A DNA stretch of 64,000 bases from Prorocentrum cordatum (Eukaryota): the NCBI GenBank assembly GCA_963575745.1, contig CAUYUJ010000081.1, positions 372,001 to 436,000 on the forward strand, written 5' to 3'. This document shows, piece by piece, positions 1 to 13,381 of the stretch. The first letter of the stretch is position 1, and each line of letters begins with the position of its first letter. The notes under the pieces are model-generated. The model searched no databases, was not told where the DNA came from, and was given only the letters and a program-made list of their open reading frames with translations. A program made the position numbers and the translations under genes.

Positions 1-67
1 CCATAAGAGGCCCCCGAGAGCGCTCCGAAACGACCCGAAGAAGCATTCCTGAGAATTCTGACCCACA

Positions 68-566
<499 letters not shown>

Positions 567-639
567 GATCCGGCAACGTGCCTTCAGCATGTAGTGGAGT
601 GCCCCATGGCTCCTGCAGCCCTGAGAAGGTCAAGAGCTC

Positions 640-2240
640 TAAAGGCGCAAAGGGCCCAAAAATAGGCGCAGAGGGCCACGCAAAGACTCCAGAGGGCCCA
701 AGAAGCCTCCGAGACGGCCGAAGAGCTTTCCAATATGCCCAAGATAGCTTCATAACGCCTCCAAAGGTCCCCCACACGCTTCGATGGAGCTCCAAGAGGA
801 GCCTCCAAGAAAGCCCCAGGAAACAAAAACCGGCCCACTCCCTTCAGGAAACGTGCATTGTGGGCTTCGTCGCCTTCTTGGTCATAACAGCGTCCAAATC
901 GGACCAAGAAGCCTCCACGGTCGCCCCAATACGGCCCCAAAGGCCCCCAAGATCGCCCCAAGAAGGCCCCAGAGGCCCCCAGGAGGGCCCGAAAACGACC
1001 CAAGAGGCTCAAGACAGCCCGAGGGGCGCCCAAGACGGCCCAAGAGGGCCAAAAGACGGCCCCAAGAGGGGGCCAGATGGAGCACCCGAACGGACAGTTC
1101 GAGCCCTCGGCCCCGAGAAGGGGCCCCAGGACGCCCCGAGGGGCCCCCAAGAAGCCCCCACAAGACCCCAAGAGGCCCCCAAGAAGCCACCGAGAGGCCC
1201 CCAAGAGGCCCCCAAGAGGCTTCCAAGAGGCCCAAAAAGTGTCCCCAAGAGGGGCCCCCACCCGAAGAAGCATTCCTGAGAATTCTGACCCACAAGGCAG
1301 GCACGGTGGCGGGATGGGCTGACGGCCATTTGGTCCGCCGCCCCCTGCTTGCAGGGGTGCACGGCGTGCTGGACGAGCTGTTAGGTTTTGGTTTTGGTTC
1401 TTTTTCCAAAAGAACTCCCCAGTGGGCTCCGGCAGAACCCGCCGGCCACCCGGAAAATCCCCAAACGTGCTCAACGACCGCAAAAATCCTCCAAAAAACG
1501 GCCGTTTCGCTCGGGACATCCTCAACAAATCGCGAAGATGGCCCAAGATGGCCTCCAAGTCCGCCCGAGATGGTCCAAGACGGCCTCCAAAACGGCCCAA
1601 GAGAGTCCAAGACGGCCCAAGACGGCCCAAGAGGCCCCCCAGAGGCCTCCCAGACGGCCCAAGAGGCCTCCAAGAGGTCCTCCAGGAGAGTCCGAAGAGG
1701 CCAAAATCATTGATTTTCCCTTGGTTTTTGAAGGATTTTGGCATTTGCGCCTTTTCGGCTCTCCGACGGCTCAAGACGGCCCAAGAAGCCCCCAAGATCG
1801 CCCAAGAGGCCCCCAAGAGAGCCCCCTGATGGCCCAAGTGGCCTCCAAGATGGCCCCTAGAGGGCCCCAAGAGGGCCCAAGAGGCCTCCAACACGCCCAA
1901 GATGGCCTCCAAGACGCCCAAGATGGCCTCCAAGACGGCCCTGGAGCGCCCCAAGAGGGTCCCCCGTTGGCCCAGAAAGGCCCCCAAAACGGCTCCCGAC
2001 GGCGTCAGACGTGCCAGGAACCCACCAAGATGGCCGAAGTTGGCTCGAAGCTGGCCCAAAAGGGCCCAAGAGGCCCCCAAGAGGGCCTCCAGGAAGGCCA
2101 AAAGATGCCAAAATCACTGATTTTCCCAAGGTTTTTGATGGATTTGGACATTTCCCTTCTTTCGGCCTTCCGACGGCCCGAGACGGCCCAAGAGCCCCCA
2201 AAGATCGCCGAAAGATCGCCCAAGAGGCCTCCAAGACGGC
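640..2240. repeat. CCAAGA/GGCCC degenerate minisatellite; also at ~17450-18079, 19135-19620, 21978-22430, 28620-28820, 48555-48975, 49570-49870, 60977-61650
   Basis: Dense CCAAGAGGCCC/CCAAGACGGC motifs. Conserved AAAATCA.TGATTTT spacer; shared head TCTCTAGTTCGCG at 21977 and 60976. Confidence 0.9.
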
Positions 2241-2401
2241 GACGATGACCATCAAGACGCCCACGTGTTCCCCGAAGGCTTTCCAAACCGATTCGGGGAA
2301 CACATGGTCCGATGGCTTGGCAGGTCTGGTCTCAACGTTCGGCCACATAGGCGCTTCCACAAAGGCAGGGGGCGGCGGTGATTCGCCGTAGGCGTCTTCG
2401 A

Positions 2402-2403
2402 TA

Positions 2404-2483
<80 letters not shown>

Positions 2484-2726
2484 GAGGAGGAGGAGGAGGA
2501 GGAGGAGGAGGATGAGGATGATGAGGATGATGATGATGACGATGATGACGATGATGATGATGGTGATGGTGATGGTGCTGATGATGACGATAATGATGAT
2601 GGTCATGGTGTCGATGATGGTGATGGTGATGGTTGTGGCGACGGCTATAGCGAAGGCAATGGTGATGGTGATGGTGATGATGATGTTGAGAATGATAATG
2701 ATGATACTGATGGTACTGATGATGAC
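2402..2726. repeat. (ATG)n/(AGG)n compound microsatellite
   Basis: Directly visible; shares interruptions with 68-566. Confidence 0.98.
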
Positions 2727-3493
2727 TCGCATTGGTTGTTTTCTGTGCGATTGGGGGCCCGAAGCGAGCCCAGGAGAGGTTTCATCTCTGAGCGCCCGCG
2801 GCGGCGTTACTGCCGCGTAGAGGCATATGGATTGGCCCTGTCGTCCTCCTCCTCCTCCTCCTCCGTCCTCCCTCCTCCTCATCCTCCAGCTGCTCCTCCT
2901 CCTCTTTCTCTTTCTCGGCGGGGAGCTCTGGGCCCGAGGGGCGAAAAGCCCCCGCACCCCGGGGGACGCCGCCAAAGTGCGGTTTCCTTCCCCCGAAGGG
3001 TTGCCAGGTCCCGTGGCCTCCCCCAGGGCGGTGCTGGATCCCCCCCCAGCGCTCGCCGCCCTGGGGCGGGACCGGCGGCTTGTCTCTGTCGTGTCGTTCG
3101 TCCGTGTCGTGTCGTGCGTGTCGTGTCGTCCGTTGCGTCCCCCCATCGTGTCGCGTCGTGTCGTGTTCCCTTTTTTGGTTCGGTCCTGGGGGTCCCGGGG
3201 TCCGAAACCGCGGCCACCTATGGAGTAGGTGGTGGGTAGGTTGGGCGTCGGAGCACGGCTCCGGCGCCCCCTACCCCGATCAGGGAGCGCGGAGCACGGT
3301 CTCCTTGCGTTCCCTGTTCGCGCTTAGGGCACGCCACGGGGGCATGGCCCCGACAGTGGCGCTGCCGCTGCAGTCTCAGCCTCCTGGCTGTGCTGTGAGG
3401 ATCTGCAGACTGGCGTTAGCAATTGCTCGCCAGTAGATGTCGCGTCAAAAAATCCTCCTCTTTCTCGCCGCTCCAGTCTTGAATGGGGCTCAC

Positions 3494-3537
3494 TCCTGTG
3501 TGGTCGTAGCAGCCCTGGGTCTTGCCCGTCCAGTCTC
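3494..3537 (-). CDS. Beta-helix gene exon: (G)DWTGKTQGCYDHTG; gene continues beyond the left edge
   Basis: ccccag|GA acceptor in phase 1, donor gtgagc at 3493 (or GA at 3495), high GC3. No stop-containing exon was found further left. Confidence 0.78.
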
Positions 3538-3884
3538 CTGGGGGGAGGGGCGCAGCCATCTGCCGGCCGGGTCCAGGAGTCTCTGGCGGAGACGCTCGGG
3601 ATCGCCCTTCGCAGGTCGCCTGGCCTCCATCGAAGGTCTCCCTTGGGCCTCATGGGCCTCCGTTGCGTTCTCTGACTTTCTGCGGATCCTGCTCCTCCTC
3701 CTGCTCCCCCTCATCCACCTGCAATCGCAGGCAAACATAGGCCGCTGAACGCCCAGGACTAGCTGGAAAAGAGACTTGAGACGCCCGCACGTGAAATTGG
3801 CACGAGAGAAGGGAGTGAACACGCTTCCTGGGCGCTGTGCGTCGCAAGCTCCAAGCCTTCCCCTAACAAGACTCTAGAGTCAGG

Positions 3885-3912
3885 GACGACGAAACCGACA
3901 AAGATTACGACT

Positions 3913-3949
<37 letters not shown>

Positions 3950-4982
3950 ACGGACGACGACGACCACGACAACATCGACGACAACAACGAGACGGACGAC
4001 GGCCACGAACATGTCGACGAAAACGACGCTGCCGACGACGAGACTAAGACGACAACAAGGGAGTCGACGACGACAAAGACGGACTACCACAAACCTGTCA
4101 ACGACGACGACAAAAAACAACGACAAAGAGGACTACGACGACGACGAAAATTTCCGCGCAATCGATGACGGCACCGACGAAGACGATGACGACGACGATG
4201 ACGACGACAACGACAACGACGACGACGACGATGACGATGACGACGACGACGACGACTATCAACGACGAAGACACCGACGACGACGAAAACGGCCACGACC
4301 ATGCAGACGAGGACGACGACGACGTCGACGAGCGGTTCGAGCGGGCCTTGCGAGCAAACGAGCGGACGGACCCTCACTGGCGGGTCTAGCGGGCGGACCG
4401 TAACGGACAGGCCTGGCGAACGGAACAGTGAATCGAGCGGGAAGAGCAGACCCCAACTGAACGGGCTGGTCGGGCGGCCCCGATATCCAATCGAGCGGAA
4501 GGACGGGCGGGTCGAGCAGGCTGACAGCTGACCCTAACAGGCGTTCCTGGCTGGCGGAATATTGAGGCGGGCGAGTGGTGGGCTTGCGAGCAAGCGAGCG
4601 GACGGACCCTAATTGGCGGGTCGGGCGGGCGGACCCGAACTGGCGGGCCTGGCCGGTGGAACATTCAAAGGAGCGGGAGGACCCGCAAGCAAGCGAGCGG
4701 GCAACGTCGTCGTAGCCGTTGTAATCCACGGAACCGTCGTCGTCGCTGTCGTCTTCGAAAACTTCCTCCTCCTGCTAGCTGCGTTCGTCGTCGTCCGTCG
4801 TCGTCAGCGTCATCGTCGTCGGCGGCGGCGGCGGCAACGGCGGCGTCGGAATTGGTGTCGGCGTCGGCGTCGGCGTCGGCGTCAGCATCAGCGTCAACGA
4901 CAGCGTCGGCGTGGTGGTGGTGGTCGGCGTCCTCGTCGTCGTCAACGTCGTCGTCGTCGTCGTCGTCCGCCGTCGTCGTCGC
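3885..4982. repeat. (GAC)n tract, spacer, then (GTC)n tract
   Basis: GAC-rich 3885-4330 and GTC-rich 4705-4982. Confidence 0.9.
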
Positions 4983-6479
4983 CCGGGGGGGTCGAGAGAA
5001 CTGACCCCTGAAGCACCCGCAGAAGACGGTTCTCTCAAACGAAGCGGTCCCGAAAGAAAAAGGCCCTGGACATCCCGGGGCACCCTCCGGGGGGACCAGC
5101 TTCTGATCCTGAGTCGTGCTTTCCACGGTCCAGAAACCTAGAACATGCGACAGGAACCACAAAACGGCGAACAAAACGCCGGATCCCGTCCCTTCATGGT
5201 GAGCGAAATGAAGACGAGGCCGCAGGCGAAACGATTAAGCTGATCGGAGCAGCGGGCGCCGAAACTGGCGAGATTCGGCCCCTCCGGTGCAGGGGAAGGG
5301 GGGAACAAATCCGAAGCTGCGCTTGTACATGCAGCGATTTCAGAAGAAGGGTTGAGCAACGCCATGGCTCATGCATCTCCACACCTCTCGGAGTCCCGCA
5401 ATTCAGCCCCAGATCCCTGGGGGGAAATGGGAAATGGACGTGGACTCCCCAAAGAACCACTCGCAAAAACGTCGGATAATATACACACTCGGACTGGCGG
5501 CAACCGAAGCGGGGCATTCGAGGCAACCGAACATGTGCAGCTGCACTGCACACGGACAGTCACCCGCCCCCCTCGGGGGATCCGGGCTCGAAACCGAGGG
5601 CAGTGGCGGAGAAACCTTCCATCGCCTACGCGTAAGGATTCATATAGGGAGTCGGTTGCAGAACTGATGCGCCCTAGGATTTGTTGTGCCGAACCGAACA
5701 AAACAATACTTCGCCAGAGAAAAACCCCAATCAATGGATGGTTTTTGCTGAAAAAGATCTACTGGGGAACTGGGAGCCCGGAAACCCAGAACTCACCGAA
5801 ATCGGCCCGGAACCAATAACCGGGAACCCGGGAACCCGGAAACGGGAACCCGGGAACCCAGCCTGCTACCAAAATCGGAGGGCAACTGTCGCCAAATCTT
5901 TCAACTTCCGCTAAGGCTCCTTCAGTGCAAACACTGTCTGGGGAATGTAGAATGCTCCGTAGATCTAAGGAGCATTCGACGGAAAGAGCAATCAATTCGA
6001 TAGTCAGTCTCTTATTCGAAAGTGACCCTCGGCAAGAGTGACCTCTGGTGCGCGGTTTGACGGGGCCGCTGTGGGAGCCAGATCGGCGGGACCTCTGTAA
6101 TGGGAGGCGGTCGTGGGATCTGAGCTGGCGGGGACCACGGAAAAAAACGATCTGGATGGGGGGGGTGAAGCCAAACCCGCTTAAAATCGGCCTTTGGACC
6201 CATCCCAAGGTCCACCTAGTGCGAGGTTTCACCCCAGATCTGTTTTTAACGGCCCCGCGGCCCGATGACGTCCACCAAAAGCAAAAAGTCATTAATGAAA
6301 AAACTCCACACGCTAGAACCTCGAACCTCCTGGGCCACCTGAGGGACCATGCCGACTCCAAGCCGGGGGGGGCCTGTGCACCCCCACGAAAGGTCACTCT
6401 GGCGCAGGGCCAATTCTACGCAGGGCCGGCGCCACGGCGGCGCGGCAAACCGCCCAGGCCGCAGCGGGGCGGCCGCGTC

Positions 6480-6539
6480 CCCCGACGCCGTCGCCGTAGC
6501 CGGGGGAAACGCAGCCGGGAGTCTCGAAGACGGCGCCGC
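6480..6539 (-). CDS. Beta-helix gene exon: (G)GAVFETPGCVSPGYGDGVG(G)
   Basis: cccgag|GC acceptor in phase 1, GGG G|gacg GA donor in phase 1, high GC3. Confidence 0.8.
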
Positions 6540-8111
6540 CTCGGGGCGCCCACCCCGCCCGCGCCGAGACGCGGGCACAAAACGGCCGCAGGGCCGCGGG
6601 ACTGCGACGCGGCGGTGCTTGTGCGGCGACCCGCTGGCCAGCTCTCACGGCCCGCGGAGCCTTCGGGCCGAGCCCGAGCGCGCCGGGGCGGGCCCCGATG
6701 CGGCCAAGGAGGCCAATGGGATTAGCAGGCTCGACTCATCCCCATGCCTAAGGTGGATAAGCATCTAGGAGAGGGCAATCTTGGGGCGCACCCTCATGGG
6801 CAAAGAGTCATCTGTCAGGGGAGCGCTGTCCCTGGCAAAAGTGGGGCATGCTAGTGGTATAGAGCTCGTCTCCTTCATTGTCTGGAAATCGCGTAACGAC
6901 ATGACAGTTGTCCCCCAACGCTGCAATGTCTGTGGCATACGCAAGAGAAGGGGAGACGACGACACGGCAACGACGCGGCACGAACACCCCTTTTGCGATA
7001 CTGATGCAGGCCCGCGGTACCTGTTCGAACAAGTACCCAGCTGCGGTCCGAGAAGTACAATATCGGCAGCGGCAGCGACCCGGCGGAGGCGGCACATAGA
7101 CGGCGGAGGGAAAATTCGAACAACTCAGCCCGCGCCAGGATACGTAGGCATAGTTCCCGCTCACTTCGAACTCCTCGGCTTCGTGCCACCCCCAGGCACT
7201 TCGGCACCTCTGGCGCCACCCCGGAACAACAAATTTTACAGCGCACTGGGCGGGGTAACAGCTACAGCGGAGGTGCTCATGAAGAAGGTCGCAGTAGACT
7301 GACGCATCCCACACATAGAAAGTGCACAAAGTCACATGTAGGTGCGAAGGCCCACGATCAGGAAATGTGCCATGGTCTTTGGCAGCAGGTCAATATTCGG
7401 CACCGGTGGAACCGGCACCGTCTCCTCCTCTGTGTTCCAAAACGTCCTTTGCTCTTCCCTTCAGGGTTGAAATAATTGTTGTAGTCCTTGCAGTTCCAGA
7501 ACTACCTTCTCCCCTCACTTACATTGTAGTTATAATGGTTACCATTTCCCACCGGCTAATGCATGGGGGTGTTCCATTTTCTAGTTTCTGCGGCGTCGTA
7601 CTCTCTCTGCATCTCGACGATGACTCGCTGCTGTATGCTGGAAGCCTCTGATGCGGTGGCAATCGACGGGGGATCTGCTGGCCACAGATTATCCACTTAA
7701 CTAGGTGTGATATCGGCCGATCTGCGTGTTCTTTGAGCGGCAGGTGGCACAGGAAGACTGCGACTCCTTGGCGTCCTCGCTGGCGTCAACGGCGGGGCAG
7801 GCAGCGCGTAGCGAACTGGTGGCAGCCCGGCTTTTTCTCGGTGAAGGAAGGTCACGCCCATTAGCTGACAAGGCCGGTGAGGCCGCCGGCGAGGACGCGC
7901 CTTGGATACTGGGTTGTAGGCCGCTGGCTGAATCAGCGGCCGCACCCGTTCCGAGCCCTGTATCCATTGCGTCACACGGCCCCAGACTTGCATTTGCCCC
8001 AGGCGCGGCGCTACTGGCTGAACCAGCAACGTCCCCAACAGCATGATCCGACGAAGCCCGCGGGGGCCCTCCGCGCTCTCCGCAGCGGGCACGGCGCCAT
8101 CCTTTCACTCC

Positions 8112-8273
8112 AGGCCTCCCCAGTAGGGTCCGAGTGCGCAGATGGGGTCGGAGGATCGCGACGCATCGGCGATGCGACTCGATGTGCAGCCCGACTTCTC
8201 CACGCCGACGTCGCCAATGCATCGCCAATGTGTAAACCCGACCCCATCTACTCCGACCCCAGCTGGGAGGCCT
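8112..8273. mobile_element. MITE-like element with ~36-40 bp imperfect terminal inverted repeats
   Basis: AGGCCTCCC..AGATGGGGTCGG is inverted to CCGACCCCATCT..GGGAGGCCT. Relatives at ~40013-40203 and ~44530-44685. Confidence 0.6.
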
Positions 8274-8778
8274 CTATCCACGCCCCCCCTCGGCGGATCC
8301 CTCTGCTGGCGCGCGAGGCTCCCGGGGCCCATACCAGCCCTGCAGCGCAACGGTACAAGAGAGGGGGCGGATCCCGCACGCGCGCGGGTCGGCGGGATGA
8401 GGAGCGTGTACACTCGGTGCTGATTGGAGAGGACACGCAAGAGGACACAAGACCCTTCCGCGGGCCACATTGCCATAGGAATGTACTTCGAAGGTACGGC
8501 TTGCGAAGCACAAGAAACGAGGGTCCCGTGAATTGGCGAGGTCGACATACCAAACATCCTCGACTCTCGGGCACGGGCCAAGGCATCTGCAGAGGCGCGG
8601 CGGGAAGGGAGGAGGGGGAAGCGTTGATAGAGGCAGCTGCGGAAGCAGAGGGGGGAGGAGGGAACACACCTGCAGTAACGGGAGCAAGGTTCGCATGTCG
8701 CCATTCCTCCCCATTCCTCCCCATTCCCGCCAGCCGTTCCTTCCCCACCCCCTTCGCTCTCGAAGCCGAGGCCGCCGC

Positions 8779-8809
8779 CGCACAGGTTCCCGTTGTCGTT
8801 CGGGCGCAC
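8779..8809 (-). CDS. Beta-helix gene exon: VRPNDNGNLC(G), with non-canonical CG acceptor
   Basis: All codons end in G/C, pyrimidine tract upstream, phase 0/1 fits both neighbours. The acceptor reads ccttcg|GTG. The GC donor could follow 8779 or 8776. Confidence 0.7.
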
Positions 8810-9419
8810 CGAAGGCAGGGGGGGCGGAACGAACAGGCAATCAAATGATGTAGGCCTCGACGAGGCCGCACAGGAAGACGATGGCAGTGGTGGGATTGTG
8901 ACTCCGAAAGCAATCGAAGATGACGAAGTGATAACGAAATACAGGGATAGCACAGAGCAGCCGTCGTGATGACAAAGGTGGAGGCAGCCGAAAAACGACG
9001 ATTACACCGAAGTCAAGGCCAGCATCGCCAAATTGAGCCCGAAACCGCATGGTTCTGCGGCAATTGCGCTGGCATGACAGGTGATCGGTCCTTGGCCAGC
9101 GGCTCCTTGACTCGCGACCATGGCCACATCACGCTCAGACTGGCCCAGACAAGGGACCGCCATCGCAAGACGGCTCGAAAATGAAAACCGTCCGCAAGCA
9201 ACGAAAAGAAGAAACCAAACGGAATAATCAAACCGAGAAAAACGGAAACGGTGGAGTGCCCAACGGCGCATTCATGCGTGAATGGAAATGCGATTGTAGG
9301 ATTCCTGAAGGCCCTGCCAACGAGCTTGCCACATTCCTGGGGCGCTCCTAGGCGTTGATTGAATTGTGGGCCTCTGGGGAGCCAAGCCAACCTTGACCGG
9401 CAACAACGTCATCCCTGAG

Positions 9420-11024
9420 TTTTTTTCCCGGAAAGGGCTCGGGCCCAGGGTTCTCTTTTAGTGGGTAAACCTGTCCCCCGGTGCCAACTTGAAGGAGGCC
9501 GGCGAATTTTTTCCCTGATAAATATCGAGGTCGAAGGAGGCCGGCGAATTAAAATTTGAGGATGTCTCGAGCGAAACGCTTGTTTTTGAAATCCCGATCG
9601 ATAAATCACAGGGTGCGGGCCACTTTTTCGTGTGTTGAGGATGTCTCGAGCGAAACGCTTGCTCCGCAGAGTTTGCCGAGGATGTCTCGAGCGAAACGCT
9701 TGTTTTGCAGAGCCGACCGCGACGCGGAAAAGCGCCCCGCGCGAAGGAATTTCGATGATGTTTCGACTAATTTGTTTGTTTTTGTACGATTTCCTGGAAT
9801 TTTGGCAGGATGTCTCGAGCGAAATGCACGACCCCACCCTAGCACGACCATACCCCAGCACGACCACACCCCAGCACGACCAGACCCCAGCACGACCCCA
9901 CCCCAGCACGACCCCACCCCAGCACGACCATACCCCAGCACGACCACACCCCAGCACGACCCGACCCCAGCACGACCCTACCCCAGCAAGACCACACCCC
10001 AGCACGACCACACCCCAGCACGACCTCACCACAGCACGACCACGCCCCAGCACGACCACGCCCCAGCACGACCACGCCCCAGCACGACCACGCCCCAGCA
10101 CGCCCCAGCACGACCACCCCCCAGCACGACCACCCCCCAGCACGACCACCCCCCAGCACGACCACACCCCAGCACGACCACCCCCAGCACGACCACACCC
10201 CAGCACGACCACACCCCAGCACGACCACACCCCAGCACGACCACACCCCAGCACGACCACACCCCAGCACGACCCGATCGATAAATCACAGGGTGCGGAG
10301 CACCCCAGCACGAACCCACCCCAGCACGACCCCACCCCAGCACGACCCCACCCCAGCACGACCACGCCCCAGCATGACCACACCCCAGCACGACCACACC
10401 CCAGCACGACCACTCCCCAGCACGACCCCACCCCAGCACGACCCCACCCTAGCACGACCACACCCCAGCACGACCACACCCCAGCACGACCCCACCCCAG
10501 CACGATCACACCCCAGCACGACCCCACCCCAGCAAGACCACACCCCAGCACGACCGCACCCCAGCACGACCTTACCACAGCACGACCACACCCCAGCACG
10601 ACCACGCCCCAGCACGACCACGCCCCAGCACGACCACGCCCCAGCACGACCACGCCCCAGCACGACCACCCCCCAGCACGCCCCAGCACGACCACCCCCC
10701 AGCACGACCACCCCCCAGCACGACCACCCCCCAGCACGACCACACCCCAGCACGACCACTCCCCAGCACGACCACACCGCCTTGGTTGAGTGGTTGCCTG
10801 TCGTCGTGGAATGTTTCGTGGGGTGTCTCGTGGAATGTTTCGCGGGGTGTCTCGTGAAATGTTTCGTGAGGTGTCTCGTGGAATGTTTCGTGAGGTGTCT
10901 CGTGGGCTGTTTCGTGAGGTGTCTCGTGGGATGTTTCGTGAGGTGTTGCCCAGTTGGGTATCATGAAAACGTGTCCATGCTCCACATGTCTATATCCCTT
11001 TCCGGGTTCGTGGGTCCATCATGT
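9420..11024. mobile_element. Composite non-autonomous element, family A, copy 1 (Helentron/HINE-like)
   Basis: T-run plus CCCGGAAAGGG (9427) and inverted CCCTTTCCGGG (10996). Internal GAGGATGTCTCGAGCGAAACGCTTG repeats, a 15-bp CCCCAGCACGACCAC array and a 24-bp GTGTCTCGTGGAATGTTTCGTGAG array. Confidence 0.75.
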
Positions 11025-12272
11025 TCGATAAACATTCAATATTGTCGGAACCCTCCTGAGCCCCAAGAGACGGTCCCAGGGCCCGCTTGGAGACTTCTCC
11101 AACCGCGCTGGAAGCCCTGAGGGTCAAACGCATGGAGAAAAAACGCACGCTTTGTGTAAAGTGTTTTGCCGGTCCTCCGTCAGGAGGGGATATTTCGCAA
11201 TCCGACGAACAGGCAAAGCGCATTCGTATGCTCCTTGATGCTATTATTCCTGTCTGTAGTAGTTTCTTGCTCAGGGTCACGCAACCAATAGGGAACGTAC
11301 TTTTCCCCGTCATTGCTTAAGTGAGTGCACCGTTAAACTAAGGCCCCGATGGACGGACCAGACCCGGCCGGCCGAGGAGGGCGCCCGAAGGGCGCGCGCG
11401 TCAAGGACATCGCGTTTCAGGGACTGCCGGACACCGCGTTCCGAAATGAGCGCGCTGCGCGCTGATGCGATTGCAGAACGCGCTCGACGGGCCTGACAGA
11501 ATCGAAAGGTCTGACGGTGACGCCCTCGACGTGCCTCTTTCGGAGCTCCTCTTGCGGGCAGACCGAGCGCGCGGGTCAGGAGTCTCGGGCGTTGGGATCC
11601 ACGGCCGACAGTCGGACTGGACAGAAGGCGGGGGAAGCCCGGCCGCATTGCTGCCGGCCCCCCCCCGGCCCCTGGGGCGCGCAAAGGCCCGTTTTCCGGT
11701 GCGCCGTCAGACCTTTTCCGTTTGATGGGCGGAGACATCATTGAGAGACTGACCGTCTTGCTCCTCTGCTTGGTGGAAGTTCTGGACAGGCCGTCCGCGG
11801 GCTTGCGCCCCACGATTCCCTCGAAATCCCGCTCAAGGGAATCGTCGGGAGGGGCGCGACCTCGTCGCAATCGGCGAGGGGGGCGGACGCAGAGATGATT
11901 CATCGGACAGGGGAGCAGGAGAACTGGCGCCACATGTCTCAATTTCCCCTCCCGGCGGCGGGTCAGCACTCCCATCGGCGAGCGGTTCGGGCGTTGATTC
12001 GAGGGAGACATGCTCATCTGATGAGATAGACCCCAAGTCTCGCTCGTCCTCCGAGAGGTTCACGGCGACGCCAGGGTGGCCAGCGATTGGCATCGGAAGT
12101 CTCAGCTGATCTTCGGACGATTACGCGGGCTCTGTGCCTCGACGCAGCCGGAGGAAGCAGCCGCAGGAACGTTCATGTTTATGCCGCAGCGTTGGTCTTC
12201 TTTCGTACATCGTCCACCGATGGGGAATACTAGAGTTGTGTTTTCTCTCTCTCTCTCTCTCTCTTGATCTCA

Positions 12273-13381
12273 TTTTTTCCCGGAAAGGGCTTAAGCCCAG
12301 GGTTCTCTTTTAGTAGGTAAACCTGTCCCCCGGTGCCTGCTTGAAGGAGGCCGGCGAATTTTTTCCCTGATAAATAACGAGGTCGAAGGAGGCCGGCGAA
12401 TTTTTCCCTGATAAATAACGAGCCCGCGAATTAAAATTTGAGGATGTCTCGAGCGAAACGCTTGTTTTTGAGCGCCCGCGAATTAAAATTTGAGGATGTC
12501 TCGAGCGAAACGCTTGTTTTTCAGAATTTGTCGAGGATGTCTCGAGCGAAACGCTTGTTTTTCAGAATTTGTTTTTTCTACCCCCTAGCACGACACCCCA
12601 GCACGACCACACCCCAGCAGGACCCCAGCACGACCACACCCCAGCACGACCACACCCCAGCACCAGCACGACCACACCCCAGCACGACCCGATCGATAAG
12701 TCACAGGGTTCGGACCACCCCAGCACGACCACACCCCAGCACGACCCCACTCCAGCACGACCCCACCCCAGCACGACCACGCCCCAGCACGACCACACCC
12801 CAACACGACCACACCCCAGCACGACCACACTCCAGCACGACCCCGACCCAGCACGACCCCACCCCAGCACGACCACACCCCAGCACGACCACACCCCAGA
12901 ACGACCACACCCCAGCCCGACCCCACCCAAGCACGACCCCACCCCAGCACGACCAGACCCCAGCACGACCACACCCCAGCACGACCACACCCCAGCCGGA
13001 CCCCACCCCAGCACGACCCCACCCCAGCAAGACCACACCCCAGCACGACCACACCCCAGCACGACCACACCCCAACACGACCATACTCCAGCACGACCAC
13101 GCCCCAGCACGACACACCCAGTCGCACCCCCGTGGAATGTTTCGTGGGGTGTCTGGTTGAGTGGTTGCCTGTTCGTGGGGTGTCTCGTGGAATGTTTCAC
13201 GGGGTGTCTCGTGGAATGTTTCGTGAGGTGTCTCGTGGGTTGTTTCGTGAGGTGTCTCCTGGGATGTTTCGCGGGGTGTCTCGTGGGATGTTTCGTGAGG
13301 TGTCGCCCAGTTGGATATCGTGAAAACGTGACCATGCTGCACATGTCTATATCCCTTTCCGGGTTCGTGGGTCCATCATGT
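12273..13381. mobile_element. Family A, copy 2
   Basis: Same ends (12279 and 13353) and same module order; flanked on both sides by (TC)n. Confidence 0.75.

Noticed and set aside
585..615. Minus-strand exon-like SHGALHYMLK
   Set aside because: Plausible splice sites, but its phase does not follow the exon ending at 3494/3496; too short to support.
578..2248. Long Pro/Gly/Gln/Lys-rich or collagen-like ORFs in CCAAGA tracts
   Set aside because: Degenerate minisatellite present many times in both orientations; no single frame is favoured.
2245..2400. Protein-like minus-strand stretch PMWPNVETRPAKPSDHVFPESVWKAFGEHV
   Set aside because: Explained by a 16-bp hairpin (2261-2276 with 2292-2307) and an element terminus; no splice sites fit.
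3678..3719. Exon-like VDEGEQEEEQDPQK
   Set aside because: Phase is incompatible with the 6480 to 3537 join, which is already in frame; low complexity.
6740..7650. Coding-like minus-strand fragments (also 45800-46380 and 48130-48480)
   Set aside because: No recognisable motif or sustained frame; possibly old transposon debris.
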